A DNA stretch of 64,000 nt, from positions 65,062 through 129,061 of the forward strand of contig CAZMGB010000009.1 of the NCBI GenBank assembly GCA_964565775.1. Reading direction: 5' to 3'. The notes under the pieces are model-generated. The model worked only from the letters and a program-made list of their open reading frames with translations, did no database searches and had not been told where the DNA came from. A program made the translations under genes and the position numbers. The first letter of the stretch is position 1. Every line of letters starts with the position of its first letter. The DNA comes from an uncultured Dehalococcoidia bacterium. Lineage in GTDB: Bacteria; Chloroflexota; Dehalococcoidia; DSTF01; JALHUB01. Shown piece by piece: positions 29,225-36,853 of this stretch.

Positions 29225-30925
29225 CTATCCGATGGAGAAGATGTTCCTGATCACCTCATGCAGCGTCGTGATGCCCTGCTGGACCTTCAGCATCCCGTCC
29301 CGCCGCATAGTCACCATGCCTTCGCCGGTGGCTTGGGCTCTGATCTCGGCTGAGCTTGCGCCTTTGAGCAGCATGCGGCGAACCTCCTCGCTCACCACAA
29401 GCACCTCGAACACCCCGATCCGGTCCCTGTAGCCCGTGTTGGCGCAGAAGTTGCAGCCTTCCCCGTAGTAGAGCCGACCCGGTCTCTCGCCCAGCTCCTC
29501 CTCATAGGCGAGTTGCTCCTCGATGGGCGCCTCCGATTGGCTTCGACAGTGGGGGCAGACGCGCCGCACCATCCGCTGAGAGACCACCCCCACCAGCGCC
29601 GATGAGATGAGAAAGGGCTCGACGCCCAGGTCGAGGAGTCGGAAGAGCACCCCCACGGCGTCGTTGGCGTGGATGGATGAAAGAACGAGATGCCCCGTGA
29701 GGGCCGCTTGGGTGGCCATCCTGGCCGTTTCCCCGTCGCGCACCTCGCCGACCAGGATCACATCCGGGTCCAGCCTCATGATGGAGCGAAGCCCGCTGGC
29801 GAAGGTGATATCCGCCCGTGGGTTGACCTGGATCTGGTTGATGTCCTCAAACAGGTACTCAACGGGGTCCTCGACCGTCACAATGTTGCGACCCGTGCGG
29901 TCCAGCCTATTGACTGAAGCGTAGAGCGTCGTCGTCTTGCCGGAGCCGGTCGGTCCTCCCACCAGGATCATCCCGAACGGCGTCCGCAGCATCTGCGAAT
30001 AGCGCTCCAGCGCCTCCGCAAGGAACCCCAGCTCCCCCAGAGTGAACAGGGACAGGGACTTGTCCAGCACCCTCAGCACCACTATCTCACCGTGAACGCT
30101 GTCGGAGGTGGCGACCCGGAAGTCCACATCCTTGCCTTCGATCTGGACAGAGAACTGCCCGTCCTGAGGGCGCCGCCGCTCGGCGATGTTCATGCCGGCC
30201 AGCACCTTCAGCCGGGAGATGAGCGGAGGATGGACGGTCAGGGGCAAAGTCTGCACATCGTGGAGAATGCCGTCGATGCGGTAGCGGACGCGCACACAGT
30301 CCTCCCGGGGCTCCAGGTGGATGTCCGACGCCCGGTCTCGCACGGCCTGAGCGATGAGGAGATCCACGGTCCGGACGATGGGCGTCCGGGCAACGAGGTC
30401 AGGCGCGAGCGCTTCTTCGACGGCTGGCTCATCGACCGGCGGAGCCACCTGGCTTATCTGCGCTTCAATCTCGCCGCTCGCCCGGTAGCTACGGTTGATC
30501 GCGTCGCGGATGTCGCTGGGGATACCGATAGCGGGCTGGATGGCCGTCTTGGCGCGCGCCTGCAGGTCTTCCAGGACCTGGATGTTCGCCGGGTCCGACA
30601 TCACCACCACCAGCGCATCGCTCGTCACATTGATCGGTATGAGGTCGTGCTGACGGGCATACGCCTCCGGCACCAGGTCCAGCGCTTCGGGCTGGACGGG
30701 CTGGCGCTTCAGGTCGATGATGGGAAGCTTGAGCTGGATGCTTAGCGTGCTGGCCAGGTCTTCCGCCGTCAGCAGCCGCTGCTCTACCAGGTATTCTCCC
30801 AGCCGCTTGTGGAGCCGCCTGGCCTCCTGCAGAGAGCGGTCGAGCTGGTCCGGGGCCAGCAGGCCCGACTCGACCAGCATCTCACCGAGCTTCTTCTGGG
30901 GCGGGGCGACCGTATGGGCATACAT
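29225..30925 (-). CDS. pilB: type IV pilus assembly ATPase PilB (GspE family)
   Basis: N-terminal GSPII domains (LGEMLVESGLLAPDQLDRSLQEA), Walker A GPTGSGKTTTLYA, tetracysteine CPHC...C..C zinc motif. ATG (MYAHT) at 30925 within track ORF 29225-30982. Confidence 0.85.
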   Translation of the reverse strand: MYAHTVAPPQKKLGEMLVESGLLAPDQLDRSLQEARRLHKRLGEYLVEQRLLTAEDLASTLSIQLKLPIIDLKRQPVQPEALDLVPEAYARQHDLIPINVTSDALVVVMSDPANIQVLEDLQARAKTAIQPAIGIPSDIRDAINRSYRASGEIEAQISQVAPPVDEPAVEEALAPDLVARTPIVRTVDLLIAQAVRDRASDIHLEPREDCVRVRYRIDGILHDVQTLPLTVHPPLISRLKVLAGMNIAERRRPQDGQFSVQIEGKDVDFRVATSDSVHGEIVVLRVLDKSLSLFTLGELGFLAEALERYSQMLRTPFGMILVGGPTGSGKTTTLYASVNRLDRTGRNIVTVEDPVEYLFEDINQIQVNPRADITFASGLRSIMRLDPDVILVGEVRDGETARMATQAALTGHLVLSSIHANDAVGVLFRLLDLGVEPFLISSALVGVVSQRMVRRVCPHCRSQSEAPIEEQLAYEEELGERPGRLYYGEGCNFCANTGYRDRIGVFEVLVVSEEVRRMLLKGASSAEIRAQATGEGMVTMRRDGMLKVQQGITTLHEVIRNIFSIG

Positions 30926-30937
30926 CGAGGCCTCCAA

Positions 30938-31084
30938 GCTAGTCCGGCGTGTCCTGCCGAGCCTGGCGCTGGGCCTCGACACGGTCGATGGCCAGGATAA
31001 CGGGATAGCCCGCGGACTCGACCGGGTGGCTCACCAGCCGGAGGGTCGCGGGCTCATCCTCAACAACTAGAGTCTTTGCTGCCA
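30938..31084 (-). CDS. small ORF (48 aa) resembling the N-terminal end of a response-regulator receiver domain (possible gene remnant)
   Basis: Not in the track (<60 aa). Reverse strand reads MAAKTLVVEDEPATLRLVSHPVESAGYPVILAIDRVEAQRQARQDTPD*. KTLVVEDEP..L is the canonical REC start. Stop lies about 13 nt before the pilB ATG. Coordinates are +/-2. Confidence 0.2.
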
Positions 31085-31112
31085 TGACGGTTCCTTCCCA
31101 GCAGCATTGTCC

Positions 31113-31133
31113 TCCCGGCCGGCGTTGCCGGGG
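31113..31133 (-). terminator. GC-rich hairpin downstream of pilA (possible intrinsic terminator, no U-tract)
   Basis: cccggc-N7-gccggg, a 6-bp stem, about 70 nt past the pilA stop on the coding strand. Confidence 0.2.
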
Positions 31134-31203
31134 GAAGCCGACGCTCGCCTCGGCGGGCCAGTGGAGGAGCGGGTGCCGTCTCTGGGTACCGCTAGCCCAG
31201 CCG

Positions 31204-31578
31204 TCAGTAGCCGGTGGACTGTCGTGTCACCTGCCCTTCGGTGGTGACACTGTAGGTGCCCTTCGTGGCGGTACCCCGCATGTACTTCGGGTACAGATTG
31301 AACCCGGCCGTCCCCATGTCGGTGGTCGCGTCTGTCGCAAGGATTTCGGGGGTGAAGTTGGCCCAGCCTTCATTCGCCATCTTGGCGTCGACGGCCGTCT
31401 GCACGATATTGAGCTCGGCGTCGCTGGCCGACGTCTGGCTGCCGCTCAGCAGACCCGTGAAGTTCGGCAGCACGATGGCGGCGAGGATGGCGAGAATCGC
31501 CACAACCATCAGCACCTCCACCAGCGTGAAGCCGGCCTCACCTCTCCCTCTCCTACGAGCATCCTCTCTGGACTCCAT
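31204..31578 (-). CDS. pilA: major type IV pilin PilA (prepilin with 15-aa leader)
   Basis: [40 protein letters not shown] is a G|FTLVE cleavage site followed by a hydrophobic alpha1 helix. 124 aa. Strong GAGGAGGG RBS 5 nt upstream. The in-frame ATG lies within the longer track ORF (31204-31668). Confidence 0.7.
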   Translation of the reverse strand: MESREDARRRGRGEAGFTLVEVLMVVAILAILAAIVLPNFTGLLSGSQTSASDAELNIVQTAVDAKMANEGWANFTPEILATDATTDMGTAGFNLYPKYMRGTATKGTYSVTTEGQVTRQSTGY

Positions 31579-31911
31579 TGAAGCCCTCCTCATGAATACA
31601 CGCCTGCCGTCCAGGGCCGCATCAGCAATGAGAGCCGGCCCTACAGGAGGAGTATCGGTATAGGCCAACGGGTTATTTACAGGTCAAGGGTAGACTCCGG
31701 CGCTACAACGGACGGAGTAGACCGGCGCGATTCCATCGAATCGCGTTACATCCGGCACCGGGGGACGCGCCTCCCCTTGGCAGGAGACGCCCGAACGCGC
31801 ACAATCGACAGAGGTAACGCAACCTGTGCCGCTGGCGCGGCGCCCCAGCGAGACGCGATGAGCGATCACCCACCCCGTCCCGTATGCGGCCCGCGCGAGG
31901 GAAGGAGACCG

Positions 31912-32616
31912 ATGCGCCCACAGGAAGTGATGCCCCAGGTCTACCGGGTCGCCGCAAAGGGCGCCTCCGTGTTCCTCCTCAACGATGAGAAGGTCACGAT
32001 CGTCGACGCCGGCATGCGCGGCAGCGGCCGGAGAATTCTGAGAGCCGTCAGGGAGATCGGGCGCTCGCCCGAAGACATCGCCCAGGTGATCGTCACCCAC
32101 TACCACTACGACCACATCGGCGGCCTGGCGGAGCTGCGCCGGGAGACGTCCGCCCGGACGGCGGCGCACCGGGCGGAAGCGCCGTACATCTCGGGCGACA
32201 TGCGGCTGCCCTTCCCCATCCGCCGCCGCGTCCTCGCCGCCGTACTCGAGCCGCTAGCGACGGCGTTCGGGTTCAGGCCGAGGCCGGTTCCAGTCGACAT
32301 AATCCTCGACGACGGGGACGAGCTCCCGGTGCTGGGAGGAATGCGGGTGGTCCACTGTCCGGGCCACACGCCGGGGCACATCGTCCTCCATTTCCCCCGC
32401 AGGGGCCTTCTCATCGTCGGCGATGCGCTCCAGGCGCCGGGCGGTCGTCCTACGCCGCCGGCGGCCGCTGTGACGGAGGACATGGCGGCGGCGAAGAGGT
32501 CCATCGCCAGGATGGCCGAGCTTGGCGTCGAAGTGATCTGCTTCAGCCACTTCCGGCCGCTGCGGGTGGGGGCCGCGGAGCAGTTGCGAGAGCTGACGGA
32601 CCGGCTCCGGGGATGA
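31912..32616 (+). CDS. MBL-fold metallo-hydrolase
   Basis: IVTHYHYDHIGG...VVHCPGHTPGH are metallo-beta-lactamase motifs. ATG at 31912 has a GGAAGGAG RBS and lies within track ORF 31777-32616. Confidence 0.7.
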   Translation: MRPQEVMPQVYRVAAKGASVFLLNDEKVTIVDAGMRGSGRRILRAVREIGRSPEDIAQVIVTHYHYDHIGGLAELRRETSARTAAHRAEAPYISGDMRLPFPIRRRVLAAVLEPLATAFGFRPRPVPVDIILDDGDELPVLGGMRVVHCPGHTPGHIVLHFPRRGLLIVGDALQAPGGRPTPPAAAVTEDMAAAKRSIARMAELGVEVICFSHFRPLRVGAAEQLRELTDRLRG

Positions 32617-32618
32617 GC

Positions 32619-33320
32619 CTAGGCCTCAGGCTCCCCAGGGTCGTCGCTGAGGAAGGGGAGGGGCACCGGCTCTGCACCCGTGTCCCGCGAGGGCTTCGTC
32701 TCGAACAGGCGCCGGCTGGAGCGGAGGACCAGAAGCACCCACACCACAAACACCGCGAAGAGAAGCCACTCAAAGACGCGGAAGCGCTCGTTGGCGGGGT
32801 CCAGCGTCACGCCGAGAGTGCCGAGGACGTATCCCGCCACCACATGGGAGGAGACCCAGAGAGCTGCACCTGTGTAGTCGATAGGAGCCCAGCGGCGCAC
32901 GCGCATGCGCAGCAGCCCTGCCGCCGCCGGCCCGACCAGTCGCGAGTAGCCGGCGAAGTGGTAGAAGAGGACGAACCAGGCGCTCCAGCGCATGATCGGT
33001 CCCCTTATCTTCTCGCTCCAGCGGCCGAACGAGCGATTCTGGAAGATGCGGTGCCAGCCGACGCGCCCCACGGTGTAGCTAATCGTATCGCCGACGATGG
33101 TGCCGGCCACGCCCACGGCGATCGCTACCGGCAGCGAGACGATGCCCTCATGAGCGAAGAGACCTGCCGCCAGAAGAACGACCGCTCCCGGGACGATGAG
33201 GCCCAGAAGGAGCGTGTTCTCCAGGAGCGTGCCCAAGAACACCACCCAGTAGCCGTAGGACTCAAAGAGGTCCCGCAGGGCATGGGCTATCGTCTCGGCA
33301 AGCTGGTCGAAAACGAACAC
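32619..33320 (-). CDS. DedA family membrane protein (TVP38/SNARE-associated)
   Basis: YGYWVVFLGTLLENTLLLGLIVPG...GRW.R.I is the DedA signature. Polytopic. Confidence 0.8.
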   Translation of the reverse strand: MFVFDQLAETIAHALRDLFESYGYWVVFLGTLLENTLLLGLIVPGAVVLLAAGLFAHEGIVSLPVAIAVGVAGTIVGDTISYTVGRVGWHRIFQNRSFGRWSEKIRGPIMRWSAWFVLFYHFAGYSRLVGPAAAGLLRMRVRRWAPIDYTGAALWVSSHVVAGYVLGTLGVTLDPANERFRVFEWLLFAVFVVWVLLVLRSSRRLFETKPSRDTGAEPVPLPFLSDDPGEPEA

Positions 33321-33516
33321 CGTCTTCCTCGCGTGCCATCAATTCTAGCACGCACGGGCGTCCCGGTCTGTGCCGACCTCAACCGCACCCGCGCGAAGGG
33401 CTGGGCTTCCTCGCGGCGGCTTCTTCTGCTAGCGTGATGGGGCGTTAGGGAGGCCTCGCTCACGACCGCCGAGAGAGGCCGGTGGCCCTGAACGAATCCT
33501 GGACGGGGGTGACAAG

Positions 33517-33933
33517 TTGCGATTGACCCAGACGAAGATCTCCGTGCCCACCGCAAAGGCTGGTGAGTTCGTTGATCTCACCGAGAAGCTGGCGCGGGAG
33601 GTGGGGGCTGTCGGCGTGCGCGAGGGCGTGGCTCTGCTGCGTAGCCGGCACACGACCGCCGCCATTACTTGCATGGAGGGCGACCCCACGATCCACGAGG
33701 ATAGCCGCGACCTCCTGCGGGAGTTGATTCCGCCTTCGCGCCACTACCGGCACTCGTACGAAGGCGCGCAGAACGCTATCGCCCACCTGGCGACGATGAT
33801 GCTCTTCGGGGAGTCGACGTGGGTGCCGATCCGTGGCGGCCGGCCCGACCTGGGGACGTGGCAGCGCCTCTTTCTGGTTGAGCTGTGCGAGGCGCGGACG
33901 CGAACAGTCGACGTGGTCATCCTGGGTGACTGA
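33517..33933 (+). CDS. YjbQ family (UPF0047) secondary thiamine-phosphate synthase-like protein
   Basis: 138 aa. HTTAAITCMEGDPTIHEDSRDLLRELIP...GAQNAIAHL...STWVPIRGGRPDLGTWQRLFLVEL matches the YjbQ consensus. Confidence 0.75.
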   Translation: MRLTQTKISVPTAKAGEFVDLTEKLAREVGAVGVREGVALLRSRHTTAAITCMEGDPTIHEDSRDLLRELIPPSRHYRHSYEGAQNAIAHLATMMLFGESTWVPIRGGRPDLGTWQRLFLVELCEARTRTVDVVILGD

Positions 33934-34477
33934 GGCGGGCGAACGCCTCCAGCAGCTCTACCAGGCCGTCGACGTCGTTGGGGCTGAAGCGGCGCACCCC
34001 TGGCGGCGAGGCATCGGAGTCAGAGACGACGGCCAGGTACTCTCCCGCTGCCAGCGCCTTGGGCAGTCGCTTCTTCCCGACCACCAGGATCTTCGCGCCC
34101 TCTTCCGCCTTGAACCCCTCGGCCAGGACCAGGTCGACGCGGCCCTCCAGCGACCGCACGAGGTTCTCCAGACCTGGCTGTCGCTCCGTCCGCTCGAACG
34201 TGGCGAGCCGGTCCGGCGCGGCCACCGTCACGATGTCGGCGCCCGCCGCCGCGAACCGCCAGGAGTCCTTGCCCGGCCGGTCCAGCTCCACATGGTGATG
34301 GGTGTGCTTGATGGCCGCTATGCGATGGCCTCGCTCCTTGAGGCGGCGGATCACCTTCTCCAGCAGCGTCGTTTTGCCGGAGCCGGAGGCGCCGATGAAG
34401 TGGACGAGAGGGGTCGTGGGGCGGCTCTCTGCGGAGGACACGGTCAACCGGTAGCGCCGGGGCGGAAGAGGTCCCAT
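33917..34477 (-). CDS. mobB: molybdopterin-guanine dinucleotide biosynthesis adaptor MobB
   Basis: LVHFIGASGSGKTTLLEKVIRRLKERGHRIAAIKHTHH is the MobB P-loop and the HxHH region. Confidence 0.75.
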   Translation of the reverse strand: MGPLPPRRYRLTVSSAESRPTTPLVHFIGASGSGKTTLLEKVIRRLKERGHRIAAIKHTHHHVELDRPGKDSWRFAAAGADIVTVAAPDRLATFERTERQPGLENLVRSLEGRVDLVLAEGFKAEEGAKILVVGKKRLPKALAAGEYLAVVSDSDASPPGVRRFSPNDVDGLVELLEAFARLSHPG

Positions 34478-34941
34478 CGCTTGCCCGCCTGCCGGCGAAG
34501 GAGGGCATAGGCCTCGTCCCGGATCGGCTGCAGGGACTCACGCCCCCGCTGTTCCCCCACGTCCTCGCAGGCGGCCAGGAGGCGCGTCAGCAGGGCACGC
34601 AGGTCGCCGTTGCGGGCCCCAAGGGCGGAGATGGTATAGGGCTCGCCGTCGGCCTCCTTCGCCTTCCCCTTCAGATCGGGAGCGAGATCGGCAAGCGGCG
34701 TGCTCGCCTCGCGGCCGAGACCATCGACGGCCTGTGCGGCACGTCCGAAGAGGTTTCGGAGGTTCCTGTTCTCGTCGAGAAGGTCCTGCACGCCCCCGTC
34801 GAGTTCCAGGGCCAGCACACCCAGGACGAGAAGCGCCATCTGGGTCTGCCACTGGGCATACGCAGACGTGAGCTCCGGCAGGACATCGGCCATGAGCGTG
34901 GCCTGAAGCCCCTGGATAAGCTCTATGTGGCTCGGTCGCAT
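34444..34941 (-). CDS. hypothetical protein
   Basis: 165-aa ORF between the APH-like gene and mobB on the same strand. Acidic. No motif I can name. Confidence 0.3.
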   Translation of the reverse strand: MRPSHIELIQGLQATLMADVLPELTSAYAQWQTQMALLVLGVLALELDGGVQDLLDENRNLRNLFGRAAQAVDGLGREASTPLADLAPDLKGKAKEADGEPYTISALGARNGDLRALLTRLLAACEDVGEQRGRESLQPIRDEAYALLRRQAGKRWDLFRPGATG

Positions 34942-35002
34942 CTCAGTATCTCTCCCGAAGGACTAGCTGCCGGGATCGTCCCGCTCGGCGGGAAGGACGG
35001 TC

Positions 35003-36043
35003 CTAGTGGCCGATGAGGTTCAATATCTCCTCTTCCAGCGCCGCGAGATTGCGGCCCAGGAGCCCTATGAAGACGTTCCTGGTGCGGCCGTCGCAGAAGG
35101 AGCGGCCGCCGGTAATGAATATCACGGCCAGCTTGACGTTGCCCAGCACCTCCCAGAAGTGCACGGCCTGTTCATCGACGCGCAGGCCGCTGTACTTCTC
35201 GTACAGGCTGTAGAACCGCTGACGTTCGAGCAGGCCGCCCACAAGCTCGTCGCGGGCCCAGCGCCAGGGCATGATGCAGAACCAGCCGACGTCCTCCATG
35301 GGGTCGCCGAGGTGGACCATCTCCCAGTCGAGCCAGCCCCGGATGCTGTCGGCGCTGTAGAGGAAGTTGCCGGTGCGGTAGTCCGCATGGACGAGCGCTA
35401 TCTTCTGGGCGGGCGGCGGCGGGTGACGCCTCAGCCAGCGAAACGCCGCCTCCAGGACGGGGTAGGGCTCCAGGGCGTCCTTGCGGAGCGTCTCCTCCCA
35501 CCTGGTGACCTCTCTCGGCCCGCAGTCATCGGGGCCGTCTGGGACGCCGAGGGAGTCCAGGCCCCGCGCCCTCCAGTCGACGTTGTGAATGTCGGCCAGG
35601 ATCTGGACAGCGTGCTCCGCGATCCTGGCGCGTCCGGCCGCGTACTCCTCTGTGATCAACACCTGGGGCGACGTCTCGCAGCCGTCGATGCGCTCCATGA
35701 CGAAGAAGGGGCGGTCCAGCCACTGGCTCTCCTTCTCCAGCCAGAACACCCTGGGGACGGGGATAGCGGTGTCGGCGAGGGCGCGGTAGACCTGGAACTC
35801 GATGTCACGCTCTGTCTCCAATACGCTGGCCTCTGGGTCGCGTCGGATGACGAAACCGCGCTGTACCTCGCGTCCTCCCTCGTGCCAGCGTGCGTCGAAG
35901 GACCAGGTCTCGCGCGAGGCGCCTCCGGGGATGCGGTTGAGGCCGGTGACTGCGAGCTCTTTGGCCTCGGGCAACTTGCTTTGCAGGTAGGCGGCGATCT
36001 TCTCTTCCAGCACTTCAATCCTCCCGACGGCGTACAGGCCCAT
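35003..36043 (-). CDS. phosphotransferase family protein (APH / choline-kinase-like)
   Basis: ALVHADYRTGNFLY...WLDWEMVHLGDPMEDV shows the Brenner HxD catalytic loop and the DxxxD metal-binding motif of aminoglycoside-phosphotransferase-like kinases. Confidence 0.65.
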   Translation of the reverse strand: MGLYAVGRIEVLEEKIAAYLQSKLPEAKELAVTGLNRIPGGASRETWSFDARWHEGGREVQRGFVIRRDPEASVLETERDIEFQVYRALADTAIPVPRVFWLEKESQWLDRPFFVMERIDGCETSPQVLITEEYAAGRARIAEHAVQILADIHNVDWRARGLDSLGVPDGPDDCGPREVTRWEETLRKDALEPYPVLEAAFRWLRRHPPPPAQKIALVHADYRTGNFLYSADSIRGWLDWEMVHLGDPMEDVGWFCIMPWRWARDELVGGLLERQRFYSLYEKYSGLRVDEQAVHFWEVLGNVKLAVIFITGGRSFCDGRTRNVFIGLLGRNLAALEEEILNLIGH

Positions 36044-36169
36044 TGTAGCCGCTCCCGCTGCCCAGGCAAGACCCGTTCTTACTTCTCGTCATGCCCGCAG
36101 TCCTTGACATCGCCGCGCGCAGCCGTATCATGCAGCGAGGCGCCTGTGCGACATGGAAGGAGAGGAACG

Positions 36170-36574
36170 ATGGCTACCGATGAAGAACGACGCACTTTCC
36201 TGCGAGACCACCGGCTGGCTGTCCTCGGCACGTTGGGGGCGAGCGGGCGGGCCCAGCTTTCGCCCGTCTACTATCTCTTCGACGGGCAGCGCATTGTGGT
36301 CTCGACGACGGCGAACCGGGTGAAGGCGAAGAACGTCCGCCGCGACGGCCGGGTCACCCTCTGTGCCCTGGCAGAGGAGCCTCCTTTCGCCTACCTGACG
36401 GTCTACGGCCGGGGTGAGATCGTCGAGGAGAACGTGGTGGAGACGATGATGGCGATCGGCGAGAGGATGCTGGGGCGGCCTCTCGGCGAAGAACAGAGGC
36501 CTGCCATCGAGGAGCGCGCCCTCCGGGAGGGTCGGGTGGTGCTGCAAATAACGCCTCAGTCATTCTCCCCGTAG
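36170..36574 (+). CDS. PPOX class F420-dependent oxidoreductase (pyridoxamine 5'-phosphate oxidase family)
   Basis: MATDEERRTFLRDHRLAVLGTLGASGRAQLSPVYYLFDGQRIVVSTTANRVKAKNVRRDGRVTL is the typical TIGR03618-type small split-barrel protein. ATG at 36170 has a GGAAGGAGAGG RBS. Confidence 0.65.
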   Translation: MATDEERRTFLRDHRLAVLGTLGASGRAQLSPVYYLFDGQRIVVSTTANRVKAKNVRRDGRVTLCALAEEPPFAYLTVYGRGEIVEENVVETMMAIGERMLGRPLGEEQRPAIEERALREGRVVLQITPQSFSP

Positions 36575-36853
36575 GCGCTGCGACAGCGTCGGCGCTGCTT
36601 CAGCGGCGCTGTCCCCGCGCCCTCTACACCGTCCGAACGGCAGGCCTTTGCTGCTCCTCCTGGTCGATGTGCGGCTCAGCGGTCGGCCCCCAATATCCTC
36701 GGGCATATTGTCATTTACCTACCGGCCGATAATCATTTGGAGGCTCGCTCCGATAATGGCGATGGTAGCGTCAACGCGCCACGGGCCAGCCCGGCCGGGT
36801 GAGTATCGGCATGTCGCGAGCACGGTCGGGCTGGAGGACGACTCGCCCCAATA

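Noticed and set aside
35006-36574. 522-aa plus-strand ORF
   Set aside because: Only the last 135 codons (from ATG 36170 with RBS) look like a real protein, the PPOX split barrel. The upstream 1.1 kb is antisense to the APH-like gene.
36575-36615. GACAGCG-N17-CGCTGTC hairpin just after the PPOX stop
   Set aside because: GC-rich stem without U-tract. It could be a terminator, but its loop is large and the evidence is weak, so I did not list it as a feature.
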